Origin: an uncultured Candidatus Marinamargulisbacteria bacterium
GTDB lineage: Bacteria > Margulisbacteria > Riflemargulisbacteria > GWF2-35-9 > DYQY01
Assembly: GCA_964429235.1 (NCBI GenBank)
Contig: CAYSAQ010000002.1
Location: forward strand, 8,441-72,440
Direction: 5' to 3'
Length of the DNA stretch: 64,000 nucleotides
This document shows positions 58,265 through 64,000 of the stretch, piece after piece. The translations under genes were made by a program, and so were the position numbers. The notes below the pieces were generated by a model. The model was not told where the DNA came from, did not search any database, and saw only the letters and a list, made by a program, of their open reading frames with translations. The first letter of the stretch is position 1, and each line of letters opens with the position of its first letter.

Positions 58265-59431
58265 TTACAATTTAGAAAGATTTTTAGACAAATAACGAAA
58301 ATTTATTAATTCTGTCCCATTAATGTTTTGCTGTAAATGTCCTGCATAGCAAAGAAACTTTTTAGTAATTAGTGAAGAGAAGTTTTTTTCAAAATAATTA
58401 AGACCTTTTAGATAATCTCGAGAGAAGGTCTCGGCTGATTTTATTTCAACTGCAACAACTTTTCTTTTTGATTCATATATTAAGTCAATTTCATTTTGAT
58501 TGCTGTCTCGATAAAAATATAAGTTGCTATCTTTGCCAAGATTGTAGCGAGTTTTTAATACTTCTAATACAACAAGGTTTTCAAATAAATTGCCTCTCAG
58601 AGGGTCTCGTGATAATTGGTTTGTATCTTCGAGTCTTAGTAAGTATGAGGCAAGCCCTGTGTCATAAAAGTATAGTTTAGGTGATTTTATTAATCTTTTA
58701 TTGCTGTTGCTATAAAATGGTGGCAGTAAATACAAAATATATGAAGCTTCTAAAACAGAAAGCCATGAATTAATTGTAGGGACAGATACCCCAACCTCAT
58801 TTGCTAAGTGAGAAGCAACAAAGATGTGGCCAATTCTTCCAGCACAAAGTCGCATAAACTTTTTAAATAAACTGAGGTCTTTTATTGCTATTAGTTGTCT
58901 TACGTCTCTTTCAATATATGTTTCATAATAATTTCGATAAACAGTGGTCGGATTTAAGTTTTTATCAAATATTCTAGGATAAAATCCTGTAAAGATAATT
59001 TCGTTTAGGGACCTATCTTCAAAATCTTGTAATTCTTCTAAAGAAAAAGGTAGAAGTTTAAGTAGTCCAGTCCTGCCTGCTAAAGATTGAGTGACTTTTT
59101 GTAATAGTTCAAATTGTTGGCTTCCTGTAAGTATAAATTGACCTGCGTTATTATTATTGTCTACTATTTCTTGTAAATAAGATAATAATTGTGGGGCTCT
59201 TTGAATCTCATCAATAATCGCGTTGTTGTTAAGTTCTCTTAAAAATTTTCTAGGATCACTTAATGCTAAATCAAGCTGGTCTGGTGACTCTAGCGTAACA
59301 TAGGCTTTATTAGGAAAAGTGTTTTTGGCCAAAGTTGTTTTCCCTGATTGTCTTGGACCTGTAATTGTTACTATGGGAAATGAGCGGGAAAGTTCCAGTA
59401 ATTCATAGGTTATAGTACGTTTAATAATCAT
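58265..59431 (-). CDS. AAA+ ATPase with DUF4143-type C-terminal domain
   Basis: Start refined to MIIKRTITYELLEL. Walker A GPRQSGKTTL. Walker B IIDEIQ. The track ORF extends to a TTG at 59452. Confidence 0.8.
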   Translation of the reverse strand: MIIKRTITYELLELSRSFPIVTITGPRQSGKTTLAKNTFPNKAYVTLESPDQLDLALSDPRKFLRELNNNAIIDEIQRAPQLLSYLQEIVDNNNNAGQFILTGSQQFELLQKVTQSLAGRTGLLKLLPFSLEELQDFEDRSLNEIIFTGFYPRIFDKNLNPTTVYRNYYETYIERDVRQLIAIKDLSLFKKFMRLCAGRIGHIFVASHLANEVGVSVPTINSWLSVLEASYILYLLPPFYSNSNKRLIKSPKLYFYDTGLASYLLRLEDTNQLSRDPLRGNLFENLVVLEVLKTRYNLGKDSNLYFYRDSNQNEIDLIYESKRKVVAVEIKSAETFSRDYLKGLNYFEKNFSSLITKKFLCYAGHLQQNINGTELINFRYLSKNLSKL

Positions 59432-59443
59432 GATACTAGTATT

Positions 59444-59500
59444 ATACACCAATTTATGTAATTTTAAACTATAACTTTATAATTGCATAAATTGGTGTAT
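59444..59500. promoter_or_regulatory. Perfect 15-bp inverted repeat just upstream of the AAA ATPase gene
   Basis: ATACACCAATTTATG (59444-59458) and CATAAATTGGTGTAT (59486-59500), separated by a 27-nt AT-rich spacer. Confidence 0.5.
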
Positions 59501-59635
59501 TGTTTCTATTAACTCAAATATTCCAGTAGTAGTTTACAATAAACAGGAGTTTTAGTTTTTAATCCTTAGTCAAAATCCTAAATTGTTTAATTCGATATGA
59601 TTGCTTTTAAAGGTAATCATCTTAAATAACTAAAG

Positions 59636-59693
59636 TATCCCACTCCTCAAAAACTCTCTTTAGGTTCGGAATCACGTCCAAAGAGCTCCACCA
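59636..59693. repeat. 58-nt direct repeat copy B
   Basis: Pairs with 58145-58202. It ends TCCACCATT, like the tRNA-Tyr 3' junction (TCCACCATT). Confidence 0.7.
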
Positions 59694-59805
59694 TTCTTTC
59701 TTTTTTCTCGAACACAAATTTTTTGGATGATTTGTAAAAGTCTGCTCCAGCTATTCCCGCTTTTTTACGAACCAAAGAATCAAAACAAGTAGCTTTATTT
59801 TAAAT

Positions 59806-61836
59806 CTATTTAACTCGTTCCACTTGAATCCTCTGATTTGAAACTAAAGGTATTTTGTCCTTACCAGAAATTCCAACAGGACAAAACATAGTCACATATA
59901 AAGATGAACCATATCTTGATTTATTATCGATATTATCTATTAACAACTCACTATTTTGAAGATCTTTAACAAATCTTTTCTTATTACCCTGAACTTTAAT
60001 TTTATATCTCTTTAAATTATATGATCCCTGTTTCCACTCAACACTTTCTGTAGAATTTTGCTTATCCTTTTCATCTAATTTATCATACTGATTTGCTGTT
60101 AATAACTCCTTTGAATATTGACCTTTTCTTTGTACTGCTATTACCTTATCTCCTGGCGAAACTTCTTTTGGATTATATCTAACTTTCATTCTATCTACTC
60201 CATCAACTGTAACTGATAATAACGTATTTTGTATTTTCTTGAGTTGTTTCTTAATCTCACTAATACTGCTCATTTCCTTTTTTACTTTTTGTTTTCTTTG
60301 CCTATTTACTGATCTTAATTGTTCTTCAGTAAAATCTAACTTTATAATATCGCCTTTTCGTAGTTTAGAATAAATTGAAGGATATATTTTTTTTCCATTC
60401 CTAATAATTGTAACTCCTTTAAGAGTTACTGCAGCTTTAGAGTGTAATGTGGAGGCAAAATCAATTATGGTTTGTCCTTCAGGAACAATATGCGCAACTT
60501 TATCATCCATAAACACATAAGTATTACCAATAGCCAGATCATTCCCAAGTTCATTGGATATATCAAGTCCTTGCTTCATTATATATTCCTGATAATTAGA
60601 CAAATCAACTCCCTTAGTAGCGTGTCCTTTATAGCTAGCATGAGCACAAACCCCAAATTCTGCCTCATCATGCATTCGAGAATCTCGTATTTGAATTTCT
60701 ACAGAATTTACGTCTGTTTGAAAGATTGCATGGATGGATTGATATCCGTTTCCTTTTGGAAAAGATATATAATCGCACAAATCCTTCTGTTTAGGATATA
60801 AATCTTGCAATAAGGCAAATGCTTTGAAACAATCTTCTTTGCTTGTTTTACTATAAGGAACAATTATCCTGAAAGCAAAAAGATCTTTTACTGAAGCGAT
60901 TCCAAGTTCATTATATTTATTCAAATACCTTCCTGTTATTTTTTTATGAATTGAATAAATAGATTTTGGCCTGCCACTAACTATAGCTCCACGAATATCC
61001 TTACTCCGCATAGGGATTCCGTTTCTTAGTAATTGCTTTCCAATACTACTAATCGTTGCGTTAATATATATATCATTATCAATACCAAGATTATCTATTT
61101 GATCTTTAATTTCTGTATATTTCCCATAATTGCTAATTTTAAACCCCAAATCCTCAATTTCTGTCTTCATTCTATTAAGACCAAGTCTATGAGCGATTGG
61201 CGCAAAACTACTAATAGCAATTCTACCTAAATCAATCTGCTCTTGTGTTATATTACTAAAATCCGCAATTGTAGAATCGAAGTATTGAAGCTCAGAATTA
61301 ACTTGAGCTAGTTTTATAATAACTACCATTAAATCTTCTGACATCGTTATAAAACTATCTGCGAAATCTTCTGTAGATAATTTATTGAAAATATTAAACC
61401 TTGCCAGTTTATCTAATTTCTTTACAACACTTGTCATTTCTTTTCCAAAATCATTATCAATTTTATCAAAAGCAATCTTTCTATTATCTGAATCTTCAGA
61501 AATACTAGTGTTAGCCAACATACTCGCCAGAATTAACTGCTCTCCAGCATGACTATCCAGTAAAACATTAACAGTTTCTAATTTACGACAAATATTATAG
61601 GTAATTGTAGGAATCCCGACACTAGCTCTAATCTCGTAATATGCTTTCATTGCTTTAATCGCTATATCTATATCAATTGCAGAAGCCTCTGCTAAAGGCT
61701 CGAAAAGCTGTTTTTCTTTTTTGAGAAAAACTATGTTATTTGTTTTAAAATAATCCAATAAAGCATCGATCTTTCCCCATCTAGGCACAGAAGTTGTTTT
61801 AAAAGATATTGTTTTGTATTTAATTGTATTATTCAT
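59806..61836 (-). CDS. RelA/SpoT homolog (long RSH) with degenerate hydrolase motifs, intact synthetase and TGS regions, atypical C-terminus
   Basis: Synthetase motifs GRPKSIYSIHKKI, DLFAFRIIV, DYISFPKGNGYQSIH and EIQIRDSRMHDEAEFGVCAHASYK. TGS-like VPEGQTIIDFASTLHS. The HD positions read MLANTSISED and KLAQVNSELQ instead of LHDvvEDT and KLADRLHN. Confidence 0.8.
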   Translation of the reverse strand: MNNTIKYKTISFKTTSVPRWGKIDALLDYFKTNNIVFLKKEKQLFEPLAEASAIDIDIAIKAMKAYYEIRASVGIPTITYNICRKLETVNVLLDSHAGEQLILASMLANTSISEDSDNRKIAFDKIDNDFGKEMTSVVKKLDKLARFNIFNKLSTEDFADSFITMSEDLMVVIIKLAQVNSELQYFDSTIADFSNITQEQIDLGRIAISSFAPIAHRLGLNRMKTEIEDLGFKISNYGKYTEIKDQIDNLGIDNDIYINATISSIGKQLLRNGIPMRSKDIRGAIVSGRPKSIYSIHKKITGRYLNKYNELGIASVKDLFAFRIIVPYSKTSKEDCFKAFALLQDLYPKQKDLCDYISFPKGNGYQSIHAIFQTDVNSVEIQIRDSRMHDEAEFGVCAHASYKGHATKGVDLSNYQEYIMKQGLDISNELGNDLAIGNTYVFMDDKVAHIVPEGQTIIDFASTLHSKAAVTLKGVTIIRNGKKIYPSIYSKLRKGDIIKLDFTEEQLRSVNRQRKQKVKKEMSSISEIKKQLKKIQNTLLSVTVDGVDRMKVRYNPKEVSPGDKVIAVQRKGQYSKELLTANQYDKLDEKDKQNSTESVEWKQGSYNLKRYKIKVQGNKKRFVKDLQNSELLIDNIDNKSRYGSSLYVTMFCPVGISGKDKIPLVSNQRIQVERVK

Positions 61837-62100
61837 ATATAGTTTTATTGGTTTTTTCTACAAAAAATCGCATCCATATATACTTATACCCAGATTTTGG
61901 GATTTATAACTTAAAATTAATTAAATTTATCCCCCCTCAATTTGAGGTTGCCCACTACCACATCTGCAGAATGTGCCTTTTGGCACTATATAAACATGCA
62001 AATATATTTAAAGACGAAGTAGAAACGCTAAACAACTGGTATACAAATTAGCTTAGCAAAGTTGATGGTGCTGACAAAAAACCGCAAATTCAAGAAAAGA

Positions 62101-63999
62101 CTAAACTTTATGCGTTGCCCAGAATACTATCTCTGGAAATCTTGCATAAATAAGCTTTATTTTCTGAAAACTTGTTAAGCCCCTATCTTTCAATACGGAC
62201 TCTTCATACGTTCGAATCTTTGACCTTAACTCGTCTGGGATACTTGCTAAATCTAAATCCCAAGTAGATTGATTGCCCAAGGCCTTGTTCTCAACACCAT
62301 ATTCTATTCTATAATCTTGATCCGGCAATAAGCTAATAGAGCATAGGCTGCTAAGCATTAACAACTCATGTTGAGGTGACACGGTATATTCTCCGTCATC
62401 TGAAGGCTGACAGCTATACATGGTTGTACAAGAAAACTTTGTATCATTTCTATTGGTGTTAATTTTTAAACCAATATTTGAAATCTTATCTTCCATATAA
62501 ATATTATCTTTATAGTACTGCCTAATCTCTCCATCTAGTGGGAACGGAGACCCTTCTATTCTATAATTTTCTCCTTCATACCAATCAAATGTTGTTGGAA
62601 ATGCCACTATCGGATTAAAAGAAATCAAATTATTAGAGCGATTCCAAATCTCAACTGTTACCTTTGTATCATTAGTGCTATATTTTTTTATTATATCTAC
62701 CTGATTACCGCAAAACTTAACTCTGTTAACAAAAGTAAGCATTGTGCCCTCGCCATACTGATCTTGGTACAGATTGCTACTAATATGCTCTACCGGCAAC
62801 ATATTCAAATCGACATAAGAACGCATTGGGCTATTAATTATCTTCGAGCTCATCAACCACACTTGTCCCCAAGCTGTTGGGTATGGCTGCACTGTTGAAA
62901 GCTCTTGGTCATATACATCTTTTTTAGGGTGAGTCTTATTAAACAAGTCGCTATTCTGCATTCCTGCTAAATCGAGCGCAGTCACTAGCTCATGTGATGA
63001 AGCTGTTCCTCCCTCTTTCTCAACTAAGGCAAATTCCTCAATATCTTCTCTTCCACTAGCTAATTCTCGAATAATACTTGAATATCCTTCTCTATGCCTT
63101 GAAAACCCAGAAACAAGTGGATGTAAATTTTTGGTATTACAAATAAACACTGCATCACCTCGTTCGTTGAGAATTTTGATATCCTCAGCTATCTTCAGCA
63201 ATGTCCACTCTTTACCATTAACCTCAACTGTCTTGAAAATATTATCCTGATTATAAATAAGTGTAGCTATCCCAGCTAACTGAGAAGCAATATTTAATCT
63301 AAAAAACAATATAGATGCGCCACCGAAAAATCCAATAAAGTTTGGACAACTAGCTCTGTTTTTATTCCAAATATGTAAAAGATTTCCAAGATTTGAACTT
63401 TCATCCTGTAAGCTTTCACTCAAAGATTCAATGCTTAATGCTGACGAAGTTATCTCTTTATAAAAGAACTGTGCTAATTCCCAGTTTAGTTTTATCTCTG
63501 GATACTTCTCAAACTGCCCCTCTTGCCAGCTTATTGGCTTTCTTATAAAAGAAACATACCAATCTATGTCTTCTTGCAAAATGCCTATATCTTGGACATC
63601 ATCGTCGCTTAAGTTTTTTATATGTTGCACGCTATTAATATTATTATTAATAAAAATTAAAGTTAGTTCTCTCCATCGTTCTACATCTTCGGGCTTGTTG
63701 TTCCAAATAATGGAAAACTCTTTATATGAACTTGGGTTAATATGGTTGATTTCTTTATATTCTGGTTGATGATCTTCAAGCTGTTTCATGTGATACGGAT
63801 TAAACATGTTAGATGATTGCTCTATATAACGAAGAAAATGTCTTCTCTCCTCAAAAGCAAATTCTTGGGTGCCAGTCCAGCTGCCATTTTTCTCTAGGTC
63901 ATCTACAAAGAAAACTAGTAAAGGCTCAATTGAAGTTAACCGCTCCTCAGCTTCTGCTAAAAAACTATTAATCTTTGTACTTGCTTCGCTTACGCCCTT
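62101..63999 (-). CDS. Large hypothetical protein, 5'-truncated by the window edge
   Basis: The track gives 62101-63807 from the first Met. The same frame stays open for 64 more codons up to the window end (KGVSEASTKINSFLAEAEERL...SSNMFNPYH), so the gene probably starts beyond 64000. Confidence 0.55.
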   Translation of the reverse strand, partial: KGVSEASTKINSFLAEAEERLTSIEPLLVFFVDDLEKNGSWTGTQEFAFEERRHFLRYIEQSSNMFNPYHMKQLEDHQPEYKEINHINPSSYKEFSIIWNNKPEDVERWRELTLIFINNNINSVQHIKNLSDDDVQDIGILQEDIDWYVSFIRKPISWQEGQFEKYPEIKLNWELAQFFYKEITSSALSIESLSESLQDESSNLGNLLHIWNKNRASCPNFIGFFGGASILFFRLNIASQLAGIATLIYNQDNIFKTVEVNGKEWTLLKIAEDIKILNERGDAVFICNTKNLHPLVSGFSRHREGYSSIIRELASGREDIEEFALVEKEGGTASSHELVTALDLAGMQNSDLFNKTHPKKDVYDQELSTVQPYPTAWGQVWLMSSKIINSPMRSYVDLNMLPVEHISSNLYQDQYGEGTMLTFVNRVKFCGNQVDIIKKYSTNDTKVTVEIWNRSNNLISFNPIVAFPTTFDWYEGENYRIEGSPFPLDGEIRQYYKDNIYMEDKISNIGLKINTNRNDTKFSCTTMYSCQPSDDGEYTVSPQHELLMLSSLCSISLLPDQDYRIEYGVENKALGNQSTWDLDLASIPDELRSKIRTYEESVLKDRGLTSFQKIKLIYARFPEIVFWATHKV

Positions 64000-64000
64000 A

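Overview
AT-rich bacterial chromosomal window. The taxon cannot be determined from sequence alone. A TolC/RND pair, beta-barrel-type surface proteins and an Fe-S/NifX-like cluster suggest an anaerobic diderm. Positions 1-27.9 kb look like ordinary chromosome: two nitroreductases, methyltransferases, tandem PEGA/OMP-like paralogs, a 1066-aa orphan, typA, an RND/TolC efflux pair with divergent TetR, peroxiredoxin, cyclophilin and an ArsR-MFS pair. This part also holds a Fur-family regulon with two near-identical promoter/operator units, covering MBL-hydrolase/Mrp and DUF5320/NifX-like/MinD-4Fe4S genes. tRNA-Tyr(GTA) at 27927-28013 has a 3' end that overlaps the stop codon of a large serine recombinase. 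It opens a roughly 30-kb integrated element carrying the recombinase, an XRE repressor, a prim-pol replication module and orphan genes. The element's cargo is an 18-kb co-directional block: Csa3/CARF-like wHTH regulator -> SNF2 ATPase -> beta-class (type III Mod-like) methyltransferase with a long N-terminal extension -> type III Res-like helicase-nuclease -> 24-codon micro-ORF -> full-length RecQ -> 1598-aa DnaQ-exonuclease/RecQ/UvrD triple fusion -> Cas4-like/TM0106 RecB-family nuclease -> frameshifted DUF1810. The best candidates for an undescribed defence-type system are the RecQ/triple-fusion/nuclease trio and its coupling to the CARF-headed, SNF2-augmented R-M-like module. Downstream lie orphan small genes, a phosphatase-HD pair, and a DUF4143 AAA ATPase bracketed by 58-nt direct repeats resembling the tRNA-Tyr 3' end (candidate att relics). 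The window ends with a divergent RelA-like RSH with degenerate hydrolase motifs and a large orphan gene that runs off the edge. No CRISPR array, rRNA or transposase was seen.
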